Assembly (NCBI GenBank): GCA_020432105.1
Contig: JAGQGZ010000001.1
Span: 1 to 55,163 of the forward strand
Length of the DNA stretch: 55,163 nucleotides
Reading direction: 5' to 3'
Source of the DNA: Dehalococcoidia bacterium
GTDB lineage: Bacteria; Chloroflexota; Dehalococcoidia; Tepidiformales; Tepidiformaceae
A model generated the notes under the pieces. That model did not search any database. It was not told the DNA's origin and was given only the letters and a program-made list of their open reading frames with translations. Shown piece by piece: positions 1 to 8,333 of this stretch (the first letter of the stretch is position 1; each line of letters starts with the position of its first letter). The translations under genes were made by a program, and so were the position numbers.

Positions 1-94
1 AACGGGGGCCTCTCGGCGTGTGTGGGGTATTTGCCTGGGAATGCGGGCAAGACATGTGCTCAGCGACTAGAGTGGGTAACCGCTGTTTCTGAGG

Positions 95-1152
95 ATGGTC
101 ATGTCAAAACTACGCATTGGATTCATCGGTGCCGGCGGCAACACCCGAAGCCGGCACATCCCGGGATTCCTGGAACTCGACGACATTGAATTGGCTGGTG
201 TGGCCAACCGGACCCGCGAGAGCAGCCAGGCAGTGGCGGACGAGTTCGCCATTGAGCGCGTTTATGACTCTCCCGCCGACTTATCGCCGACGCGGCTATC
301 GATGCGGTCTGCATTGGCACCTGGCCCTATCGCCACCGGGATTACACGGTGGCCGCCCTGGCGGCCGGCAAGCACGTGCTGTGCGAGGCACGGATGGCAA
401 TGGACGCTGCCGAGGCGGCCGAGATGCTCGACGCCTCCGAACGGCGACCCCATCTCGTTGCCCAGCTGGTGCCTGCCCCATTCGACCTGAAGAGTGGCGC
501 GACGATCACCCGGCTCCTCGAAGAGGGTGCAATCGGGGAGGTGCGCGAGGTTGCCGTCGTCGCGCTCAACGGCAGCGCACTCGACCCTGCTACGCCCGTC
601 CACTGGCGACAGCAGACGAGGTACTCGGGTCGAAACATCCACTCGCTGGGAATCTGGTCGGAGGTGGTCCAGCGTTGGCTGGGTGAGGCACGGACGGTGA
701 TGGCACATGGCTCAACCTTCGTGCCGGAACGAATGGACCCGGCGACCGGAGAATCGACGCCGGTGGAGGTGCCGGACACGGTGGCTGTGGCCGGCTCGCT
801 GATGAACGGCGCCGCCTACACCTATCGAGTGAGCAACGTTGCGGCCGGCACCCACCAGAACGGCATCACCGTCTTTGGCACGAAGGGTGTCATCCAATGG
901 CTTCCGAACGACACCGCCAGCCTGACGACAGACGGAGAAGAAGCGCAGCCGATCGTGCCCGACTCCGGGACTGCCCGGGGTTGGCGGGTGGAGGCGGACT
1001 TCGTTACCTCAATTCGCGAGGGGGCCCCGGTACGATTCACGAGCTTTGCCGATGGCCTGCGGTATATGCGGTTCATCGATGCCGCCTGGCGGAGCCTCCA
1101 GGATGGATGTGCAGTGGAAGTCCAGGCCGGCAGCGGGACGAACCAGGGTTAG
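95..1152 (+). pseudogene. Gfo/Idh/MocA family NAD(P)-dependent oxidoreductase, frame interrupted by an apparent single-base deletion at about 281-285 (true pseudogene or sequencing error)
   Basis: The Rossmann N-terminus (SKLRIGFIGAGGNTRSRHIPGF...VYDSPADL) is in the frame of ORF 95..490. The expected continuation IADAAIDAVCIGTWPYRHRDYTVAALAAGKHVLCEARMA is in the frame of ORF 349..1152, which is open only from 268 (TGA at 265-267). The two parts join if one base is added at TTA|TC. The GAGGA SD favours ATG 101 over 95. Confidence 0.8.
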
Positions 1153-1789
1153 AAGCCGGCAACGACCTCTGCCGAGAACTGACCCTTCAGGCGGTTCTGA
1201 ACGTCGCTAAGGTCTTCAGAAGCGGAGTCAGTGTATTCGACCGTGCCGCAAATGTAGTCGCCTGCTTCGTCGACGGTGACGGTGCCCTGTGCGGTGTGCA
1301 GGCTGCCAAACTGCTCGGTACCGACCTGGGCCACCACGCGGAAGGTGAGGACGCCGAAGTCAGGGGTGTAGTCAATGGTTGTTCCCGCGGTGATGATCTG
1401 TGGGTCCGCTGGCGCATTAAACGTGGTCAGGAACAGGGTCACCATGGCGCCATCGTCCGGAACCTCCGGCTGACTGAAGGCTGAGATATCGTCGTCGCTG
1501 ATCGGGAAATCTGCCAGGTAGATCGTGTAGGCAGCGCCATCGGCGAGCCGGACAGCCTTTGCTGACACGACCTGGAAGGAATCGAGTTCGATACCGGTTG
1601 CGTCTCCAGAAGCTGCCCGTAGCTGAACAGCGTAGGGCGTGTCGGCGCATTTGGACGGCGGGTCAGCGTCGGCCTGCGTTGTGCCCGGCACCTCCGACTC
1701 GCCTGCGAGGGCGCCCGTTGCGGGATCGTTGCCACCGCCGCAGGCTCCCAGGACAAAGCAAAGGAGCGTAGCAACGGTAATCGCGGCAT
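1149..1789 (-). CDS. putative secreted lipoprotein of unknown function (start codon unresolved)
   Basis: ORF 1149..1691 continues in frame upstream through a lipoprotein signal peptide (AAITVATLLCFVLGAC-GGGND, lipobox LGAC). That frame has no ATG/GTG/TTG between the upstream TGA and the lipobox. The only ATG (1789..1787) is offset by one base. No family recognised. Confidence 0.55.
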
Positions 1790-1909
1790 GAGGCCGCCTG
1801 GCGAAGCTATGGGATGGGATCCGAATGACGCTGTCTCCTGCGAGCTGAATCCATGGGGACGCTCCGCACCCGTAATCTTCGTGGAGGGGGCGGATGCGAG
1901 AAAGTCAGC

Positions 1910-2329
1910 TCAGGCGTCTCGTGGGAGCGGACGTACGGCATGAATCGAGGCGGCGGGGAGTCCGAGCCAGAGGAAGGCATCGTGCAGAACCTTGCTGCTT
2001 CCTGCGCGATAGAGGCAATAGCTTCGGGCGTGGGTTGAATCCCAATAGGAGTCGACGCGCTGGATTGGCTGCAGTCCACATGCTGCGCCCTTCCCTTCCT
2101 GCAGTGCTGTGGCGAGCTGGGCGAAGGTGGTCGCCAGCGGGAAGTTGCGGATGACGAGGAATTCATTCATCCCGGGGGCGAACCACTGGTCCGGCTCGCC
2201 GGGAAGCCGTTCCACCCGGGCCTGGTCGGTCCCATCCGGTCGAACCAACTGCGCCGCAAGACCCAGGCGATCTTCTGTGACGAAAAACGTGACCGCTGGC
2301 TCAGCAGTTGCTGCGTAGCCGATACCCAT
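1910..2329 (-). CDS. small protein with a DUF4242-like C-terminal ~87 aa (by-eye match); alternative start at 2170
   Basis: The C-terminal part MNEFLVIRNFP...SYCLYRAGSSKVLHDAFLWLGLPAASIHAV resembles the DUF4242/SCO4226-like pattern (FM..., fC.y.AP, GLP...i.eV). AGGA lies 8 nt upstream of ATG 2329. An in-frame internal ATG at 2170 would give the typical ~87 aa size. Confidence 0.45.
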   Translation of the reverse strand: MGIGYAATAEPAVTFFVTEDRLGLAAQLVRPDGTDQARVERLPGEPDQWFAPGMNEFLVIRNFPLATTFAQLATALQEGKGAACGLQPIQRVDSYWDSTHARSYCLYRAGSSKVLHDAFLWLGLPAASIHAVRPLPRDA

Positions 2330-2475
2330 GATCTCGATCCTACGCGGTTCGCAGCCACGCGACTGCTACGCGGGCTGAACTGGAGTGCACCCAGCTTCCT
2401 ATGCCCGGGGACGATGGCGGGGTCGTTTGTATGGACAGGCGCAGGGGAGGACCGCCGATAAGCGGAGGTACTCTC

Positions 2476-3384
2476 GTGACACAACGACTCTTCCTGGCAG
2501 CCATTGGCACGCTCCTGCTAGCTGCCTCACTACCCGGCATCGCTGCTGCCGGTTCGGACCCGGATGATACGCGGACGACGACCGACACCATCGGCTCTGT
2601 CGTTGGCGAGCCGTCAACTGAACTGGCGGGCACAAAGCTCGATATCGGGCACCGGGTCCGTTGGGGGTTCCGGCGCTGGTGGCAGAACTGGCGCTGCCAG
2701 GTCTATGCGCGGCACGCGCCGCGGTTTTACGACCGGTTCTGCGGTGGGAACAACGATGCACCTTCGCCGACGGCGACACCGGTGCCGACGTCGACGCCGA
2801 TTCCAACGGACACGCCCACACCGGTACCCACTTTGACACCTACTCCCGAGCCAACGGCTACGCCGACGCCCATTCCGGTGCCGATGGGTCAGGCATCGTT
2901 TACAGGAGAGCGGCTCGTCTTCTTCCTGCAGGGCCCGGGTGCCGGCAGTGAGTTCGGCTTCGACATGAGTCCTGGTGGAGGAGCGGCAGTTGGGGGCGAG
3001 TACGCCTGGACTGACGGCGTCTATAACGTCACGTTCTCACGCAACGCAACCGGGTTTACGTTCATCAGCTACAGCGGGGCCGGCCCGAGCCAGTTCGCTT
3101 CGCGGAGCACGACGGCGGTCTGCGGCGCCTGGGACACGCTGCAGGTAGCGATGATTGCCGGTGGCGGTGAGGCCACCATGGAGTTCCGGAATGTCACGAT
3201 CGACGGCGTGGCTGCAGGTGACTTGCTCGATAACGGTGATGGTGTCGCTGCGAATGACTTCTGGACCTTCGCCGGCGACTACGCGGATGGTGTGAGCGTG
3301 ACCGGCCAGCTGGTGATATCGGGATGGAGCAATGAGGAATCGCCTCGGCCACGCCTGGAGGTCACCGTCGGATGCGCTGAATAG
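2476..3384 (+). CDS. secreted protein: signal peptide, Trp/Arg-rich two-Cys segment, Pro/Thr linker, C-terminal beta-rich domain of unknown function
   Basis: GGAGG lies 7 nt before GTG 2476. The signal peptide is VTQRLFLAAIGTLLLAASLPGIAAA. The linker is PSPTATPVPTSTPIPTDTPTPVPTLTPTPEPTATPTPIPVP. The ORF-track start at 2401 is probably an upstream extension. Confidence 0.65.
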   Translation: MTQRLFLAAIGTLLLAASLPGIAAAGSDPDDTRTTTDTIGSVVGEPSTELAGTKLDIGHRVRWGFRRWWQNWRCQVYARHAPRFYDRFCGGNNDAPSPTATPVPTSTPIPTDTPTPVPTLTPTPEPTATPTPIPVPMGQASFTGERLVFFLQGPGAGSEFGFDMSPGGGAAVGGEYAWTDGVYNVTFSRNATGFTFISYSGAGPSQFASRSTTAVCGAWDTLQVAMIAGGGEATMEFRNVTIDGVAAGDLLDNGDGVAANDFWTFAGDYADGVSVTGQLVISGWSNEESPRPRLEVTVGCAE

Positions 3385-3422
3385 ATGGCCAGTGGAGCGG
3401 TAGCTGTGATGGTTTCCCGGCC

Positions 3423-4484
3423 TTAGCTGCCGGCGACCAGGGCGATCCCTGCCACGCAGGCGATTGTCCCGGTCGCCACTCGCAGGTTGAAACGCTCCTT
3501 CAGGAAGATGAGCGCGAGGGGGAGGGCCATCAGGGGCGATGTGGCGGTAAGCACAGCAGCTCGGGCAGCGCCGATCTCGACCACCGCGAAGACATAAAAA
3601 AGGCTACCAACTGCTGTGCCGAGGATGCCCGCCAGAGCGATCACCCAGAGCGATTGCCGGTCGGCGGTGAGGCGACGGAGCTCTCCGCGGCGTGTGACGA
3701 GGGCGAAGAGGAGCAGGCCCGCGGCGCCAACCGGTGTTCGAATGGCCCAGAGACTCACGGCGCCGGCATCGTCTCCGGCATGTGCGAGCAAGAGAGTGGC
3801 CGCGGCCCACGCGAGACTCACACCGACGAGCAACCCGTACCCTTCGACGGTGCGCGTGGCCCACTTTGGGCGGCGGCGAGGGAGAACGACAACGGGACCG
3901 AGGTCGCCAAACGCCTCGAGGGCGGTAGGTGCAGGACCGCTGACCGGGATGCCTTCGAGTGGTCGTTCGGCGCTGGAGAGGACCACCATCGTGATACCTG
4001 CCGCGATGAGGCTGGCCCCGGCAAGGAGACCGAGAGTCACGGGCTCGTCGAGGAAGACGGCGCCGCCCAGGACGGTGAGGCCGATGTATCCGGCGATGGA
4101 TACGGGGAAGGTTTTTGGCATTCCGAGCAGCGAAAGACAGCGGATGTAGGCCGTGTCGCCGAGGCCATAGCCCACCGCACCGCTGAGCACGAGTGTCGCG
4201 AACACAAGCGGTGGAACACTGGTGACCTGGCTGAAACCACCGGTAGCCAGGACGACAACCGGGACGAAAGCGGTTGCCGCCGCTAGCCGAAACCCCGTGA
4301 GGACGACTGCAGATGACCGCGCCGAAAGGGCAGTGAGAGCTGTGGAGGTTGCCGCCCACAGCAATGCGGATGCGAGAGCAGCGGCTGGCCCCACCTGCCA
4401 AGCGTAGGGTCGGGATCTACAGTGAGATAGCGACGGGACCGGGTGTCTCCTGAGTGCCGGGGAGATTCTCCCTGAAACATGCAC
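3423..4484 (-). CDS. EamA/DMT superfamily transporter (10-TM type)
   Basis: Two hydrophobic EamA-like halves are separated by a charged loop (VVLPRRRPKWATRTVEG). The first ~30 aa (MHVSGRISPALRRHPVPSLSHCRSRPY) look non-membrane, so the start may be the GTG at 4394. Confidence 0.75.
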   Translation of the reverse strand: MHVSGRISPALRRHPVPSLSHCRSRPYAWQVGPAAALASALLWAATSTALTALSARSSAVVLTGFRLAAATAFVPVVVLATGGFSQVTSVPPLVFATLVLSGAVGYGLGDTAYIRCLSLLGMPKTFPVSIAGYIGLTVLGGAVFLDEPVTLGLLAGASLIAAGITMVVLSSAERPLEGIPVSGPAPTALEAFGDLGPVVVLPRRRPKWATRTVEGYGLLVGVSLAWAAATLLLAHAGDDAGAVSLWAIRTPVGAAGLLLFALVTRRGELRRLTADRQSLWVIALAGILGTAVGSLFYVFAVVEIGAARAAVLTATSPLMALPLALIFLKERFNLRVATGTIACVAGIALVAGS

Positions 4485-4947
4485 TTTTCGGGCACACTCA
4501 CCTTATCGAAGCGTAAAGAATGATTGATCCCACGGGGTCAGTGTGCGAGCCTGTGGCACTGGAACGACATTCGGTGGCGGGGTGTGCACCGGGTTCCGGG
4601 CCGCGGCATGCCGGCCGGAACTCCCTCTTGCCTTCGCTCCCGGAATCGATTCACTGCGATCTTCATGGAGATCGCTATGGGGGACCTGATCTGACTGCAT
4701 TAGCAAAAACGGAAATGCCGGAGAAGGGCGCTTGAGGTCTGGCCCGCGAAGCCGTTTCGGTTTCGCGCGAACGCTGGCTGAGACTGTCGTCGGGACGCTG
4801 ATGTCCCTGCGGACGCGTGGGACTCACGCGCGCCCGCAGGGCGGCTGGAAGGCGGGAGCCACGGAGTTCCACCTTCCCGACGGTCTGCGGCGGAGGCTGC
4901 CGCACGGGGCAATTGTTCGGCAGCCACGTGCCCAGGCTTCGCGAGCC

Positions 4948-5745
4948 ATGCGGCCGCTCCTGGTTTTCGGGTTCCTGCTCGCGTTTGCCAGCATAGGTGT
5001 CGGTTTTGGTGGGCTCGATGTCGATCCGGATTCGGCCCACGCGCCGGGGACACCGGCGCCGATCGTGATAGTGCGGGCACCCCAGTTCTCCAACGGAGGC
5101 ACGGCCACCGAACCGGCTGAATCTGCCCGGTCGGTTGTCGCCGCCGTCGATGGTGGGCATGTTTCTGCTGCGAATAACCGGCCGAGTGATGACGAAGCGG
5201 CCACCGCCGTCGCCAGCGCGACCGTAGGCGCCACCAACACGGTTGAGCCGAGCCCGACCGCAGAGCTGGATGCAGTGGCGACTGATCCGACGCCGGCCAC
5301 CGTCCCGCCAACAGCAACGGCAGTCCCTGCGGCTGCGACCCCGGCTCCGGCCTGGGAATTCCACCCCGTGACGCACCTTTCGGAAGCAGAGGTGCGCGCT
5401 GCTGCTTCGAGTGCCGGCTGGCCTGCCGGGTTGCTCGACCAGGTAGTGGAAGTCGCATGGTGCGAGAGCAGCTACCGGCCGAATGCAACGAACGGCTGGG
5501 CCTACGGGGTGATGCAGCTGGTGCCCAACTGGTTCGATTACGCCGGTGTGGATTTTGCCCTCTGGACAGATCCGGTGGTAAATCTGCGGGTCGCCTACGC
5601 GGCATACCAGTACGACATTGGCCGCGGCAACACTCCGTGGCAGCAATGGATTTGCCAGCCGTCTGGCGGGGCTGTGGACATCGCCCCCGCGGCCCCCACG
5701 CCCACAGTCACCGCGCCGCCACCTTCGATCCTCGGCGGGCAATAG
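4948..5745 (+). CDS. membrane-anchored lytic transglycosylase (SLT/goose-lysozyme-like catalytic domain)
   Basis: The TM anchor is MRPLLVFGFLLAFASIGVGFGG, followed by an Ala/Thr/Pro-rich linker. The catalytic region VAWCESSYRPNATNGWAYGVMQL has the E-S ... G(L/V)MQ signature. The ORF-track start at TTG 4732 adds an Arg-rich, non-protein-like extension. Confidence 0.7.
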   Translation: MRPLLVFGFLLAFASIGVGFGGLDVDPDSAHAPGTPAPIVIVRAPQFSNGGTATEPAESARSVVAAVDGGHVSAANNRPSDDEAATAVASATVGATNTVEPSPTAELDAVATDPTPATVPPTATAVPAAATPAPAWEFHPVTHLSEAEVRAAASSAGWPAGLLDQVVEVAWCESSYRPNATNGWAYGVMQLVPNWFDYAGVDFALWTDPVVNLRVAYAAYQYDIGRGNTPWQQWICQPSGGAVDIAPAAPTPTVTAPPPSILGGQ

Positions 5746-5860
5746 AAGTTTCACTGGTCAGAGATAGTCTGGGCCGTTACAATTGGCCTCGCCATAGCTG
5801 GCCCGCCCTACCGATCGGTCGGTGCCTGCATGCGGAATAGACTGAGGAAGGCGAAAGAAG

Positions 5861-6901
5861 ATGACAACAGCTGAAGTTTCCGCCCCTGGACTCGACCTTT
5901 CATGGCTGAACGTCGATGAGGGTTGGGGGGCGAACGCGACGCCGGGCCGCAAGGGCCTGACGCTCGACGACCTGAACGTAATGACCTACGGCGATGTGCC
6001 GACGCTGAACGGCCCCGCGACGATGGGTATGCGTGGTGCCCGCCCCGACCCACGGGCCGCCCGCCACGGTCGCCAGATTCACAACAAGGCCGAGGCCTGG
6101 AGTGAGTCGGCCCGGCTGCTTTACGAAGAGGCCCAGACCCGCCAGTGGTCTTCTGCCGTCGACATCCCCTGGGAAACGATCGAGGAACTCCCGGACGATA
6201 TCGAAATGGCGATGTGCACGCTCTGCACGTTCCTGACCCAGGTTGAGTTCATCGCCGGCGACCTCCCCGGCCGCTACATGGGCGAAGTTCACCCGGACGA
6301 ATTCGAAGTCCAGTTGTTCCTCGGGACGCAGCTCATGGACGAGTCGCGCCATGAGGACGTTTTCCGCAAGCGCGCCCTGGTGAACGGTGGCGGCCTTGTT
6401 GATTCCGGTTTCGGTGCGTCGCAGTTGCTCTCGGCCGATAACTTCACCGAGATGACCGCCCGCTTGCACCTTGTTGGCGAAGGATTCGTTCAGACCATCT
6501 TCCGGATGGGCGAACTGATCGCGAACAACGAAGCCGAGAAGCGGATCTATCGTCTCGCTGCACAGGACGAGTCGCGCCACCTGGCCTTCGGTGTAACCCA
6601 CCTGAAGTACCTGATGGAGACCGAGCCGGAGCGCCGCGAGGAGATGCACCACTACCTGGATGTCCAGGAAGGTGCGCTTGGCCAGTCGAACGGTTCGCTG
6701 ACCACCAACCCGGCTACCGGCGAAGCGCTCGCCATCCTCGCCGGTGGTGGCATCGACAAGATCGACGAAGGCTTCCAGAAGCTCATGATCATGCGCAAGA
6801 AGCAGATCAATGAGTACATGCATCGCCTCGAGGTCATCGGTCTTGGTGATCGCCGTGAGCGCATGGCCCCTGCCATGAAGGCATTCCTGGATCCGGCCTA
6901 G
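5861..6901 (+). CDS. ferritin-fold diiron-carboxylate protein with intact ligand set (putative oxygenase/oxidase catalytic subunit)
   Basis: Two E...(~31-33 aa)...DExRH units are present: TQVEFIAG...LMDESRHEDVF and VGEGFVQT...AAQDESRHLAFG. GAGGAAGG SD precedes ATG 5861. Confidence 0.75.
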   Translation: MTTAEVSAPGLDLSWLNVDEGWGANATPGRKGLTLDDLNVMTYGDVPTLNGPATMGMRGARPDPRAARHGRQIHNKAEAWSESARLLYEEAQTRQWSSAVDIPWETIEELPDDIEMAMCTLCTFLTQVEFIAGDLPGRYMGEVHPDEFEVQLFLGTQLMDESRHEDVFRKRALVNGGGLVDSGFGASQLLSADNFTEMTARLHLVGEGFVQTIFRMGELIANNEAEKRIYRLAAQDESRHLAFGVTHLKYLMETEPERREEMHHYLDVQEGALGQSNGSLTTNPATGEALAILAGGGIDKIDEGFQKLMIMRKKQINEYMHRLEVIGLGDRRERMAPAMKAFLDPA

Positions 6902-6905
6902 GACG

Positions 6906-8120
6906 ATGCAACTCAGCCCTGGTACAAAAATCCGCGCGGACGAAGCGGAGTGGCCTGATGCGCTCATCGAGCGCATCGAAGCCTCACCGCTGAAAGATAA
7001 GCAGGTGCGCTCCCTTCTTGCCCTGCGCCTGAACACTGACCGCATGACAGCCTTCCTCGATGCGGCCGACCAGAACGAGCAGGTTTACAAGATGGGCATG
7101 GTCTGGGCCATGCCCACCACGCAGCTTGGCATGCGGGCGCGTCCAGGGCCGAACGGCCTCGGCATGAAGGAGATCAATATCGGCACGTATGCTCACGTGC
7201 CCGACCATTGGCCCTATGAAAACGACACGCCGCTCGGGTCGCATCCGAGTCCCGGGTCATACATGCCCGGTCCCTACGCGATCTACACCAAGAGCGAAGT
7301 CTGGGCCGAGGGCCTGGACGAGCTGTATGACACGGCCATTCGCGAGCGCTGGGCGGCAGCGACGGCTATCGACTGGGCTGCACTGGAAGAGCAGCCCGAG
7401 GAGATAGAACGCGCGATCTGCCAGATCTGCACGCAGTTCGCCCAGCACGGACTCGCCATCCAGAAGGTCCTTGCCTCCTGGATGGAAAAGATCGCCTACG
7501 GCTTCCACGACATGAAGAACTTCGTGTCGACGCAGGTGTTCGATGAGGGCCGCAAGGTTGAAGTGCTGCGCAAGCGGTCACTCGCCAACGGCGGCGGCCT
7601 GGGCCAGCAGAGCTTTGGTACGCTCTACCGTTCCTGGTTCTCAGCGCCGAAGCCGACGCAGGTCCTCATTGCGATCGACGTCATCTACAAGTGCTACGAG
7701 ATCCCGACCTTCAAGAAGCTCGCGGAGATTTGCCCGAGCCCGGTGGACCGGGACATCTTCGCTCGCCTGGCGCACGATTCGGAGCGCCACCTGGAGTTCG
7801 GCAAGCGCCATCTCGAGTACTACGTCCAGCATCACAAGGATGCCCGCGAATTTCTCATCCACTACCTCAACCGTGGCGAGGCCTCGCTCGCGGATGAGCT
7901 CGAGCACTCGCGAGTCGACCTTGAGGCACTCATCGTCCTCCTGGCCGGCGGCGTCGAGCGGCTTGAGGTTGGAATCGAGGAGGTCCGGAAGCTGCGTGAG
8001 GCATCGTTGCGCAAGTACATCGGTGTTCTCGACGAACTCAGCATCGACCGGTTGCCGGAAATCAATCCGCAACTGATCTCCATTGCGCGTGATCCCCAGG
8101 CGGTTGTTGTCGCCGTCTAG
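6906..8120 (+). CDS. degenerate paralogue of the preceding diiron protein (ligand positions largely substituted; putative non-catalytic partner)
   Basis: It lies 4 nt after the previous stop. Shared segments with 5861..6901 include LGMRARPGP vs MGMRGARPDP, W..ATAIDW vs W.SAVDIPW and LRKRSLANGGGL vs FRKRALVNGGGL. The motif positions read QFAQHG, FDEGRK (His to Lys), CYEIPT and AHDSERH (shifted register). Confidence 0.7.
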   Translation: MQLSPGTKIRADEAEWPDALIERIEASPLKDKQVRSLLALRLNTDRMTAFLDAADQNEQVYKMGMVWAMPTTQLGMRARPGPNGLGMKEINIGTYAHVPDHWPYENDTPLGSHPSPGSYMPGPYAIYTKSEVWAEGLDELYDTAIRERWAAATAIDWAALEEQPEEIERAICQICTQFAQHGLAIQKVLASWMEKIAYGFHDMKNFVSTQVFDEGRKVEVLRKRSLANGGGLGQQSFGTLYRSWFSAPKPTQVLIAIDVIYKCYEIPTFKKLAEICPSPVDRDIFARLAHDSERHLEFGKRHLEYYVQHHKDAREFLIHYLNRGEASLADELEHSRVDLEALIVLLAGGVERLEVGIEEVRKLREASLRKYIGVLDELSIDRLPEINPQLISIARDPQAVVVAV

Positions 8121-8146
8121 CATCGCGCCCGTCAGATGAGCCATGG

Positions 8147-8184
8147 GGCCCCGGTATCTCAGTTGCCGGGGCCTTATGCTTTTC
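8147..8184 (+). terminator. possible rho-independent terminator after the diiron gene pair
   Basis: An 8-bp GC stem GGCCCCGG (8147-8154) / CCGGGGCC (8166-8173) with an 11-nt loop is followed by TTATGCTTTTC. The T-tract is imperfect. Confidence 0.4.
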
Positions 8185-8333
8185 GGCGCCATGCCCGGGG
8201 CCGCAAGGACCGGGGGTCGCAATTCGAACACCCTGGTTGGAGATGTGCCGTCGCGCAGCCGAAGAGGTGGCCAACCTCTCCTGCCGCTGCAGGCGTTACC
8301 ATGGCCGCACGCACATTCGAAGGAGCTACGATC

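Noticed and set aside
2766-2886. Repetitive ACG/CCG/ACC-rich DNA (also 37720-37990) as a possible CRISPR or tandem repeat array.
   Set aside because: It encodes in-frame Pro/Thr linkers inside secreted-protein genes. There is no regular repeat-spacer periodicity.
4520-4735. 71-aa and 67-aa ORFs inside the long intergenic region.
   Set aside because: They have no SD, odd composition and overlap each other on opposite strands. The region is treated as non-coding.
5900-7045. 381-aa ORF antisense to the diiron gene. Similar long antisense or out-of-frame ORFs are 4675..5754, 10926..12197, 13735..14964, 17880..18812, 25388..26512, 41905..43035, 34759..35580 and 47960..48826.
   Set aside because: These are Arg/Pro/Gly/His-rich, low-complexity translations opposite or out of frame with genes that carry clear family motifs. 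Such ORFs are the expected stop-codon-poor artefact of a high-GC genome.
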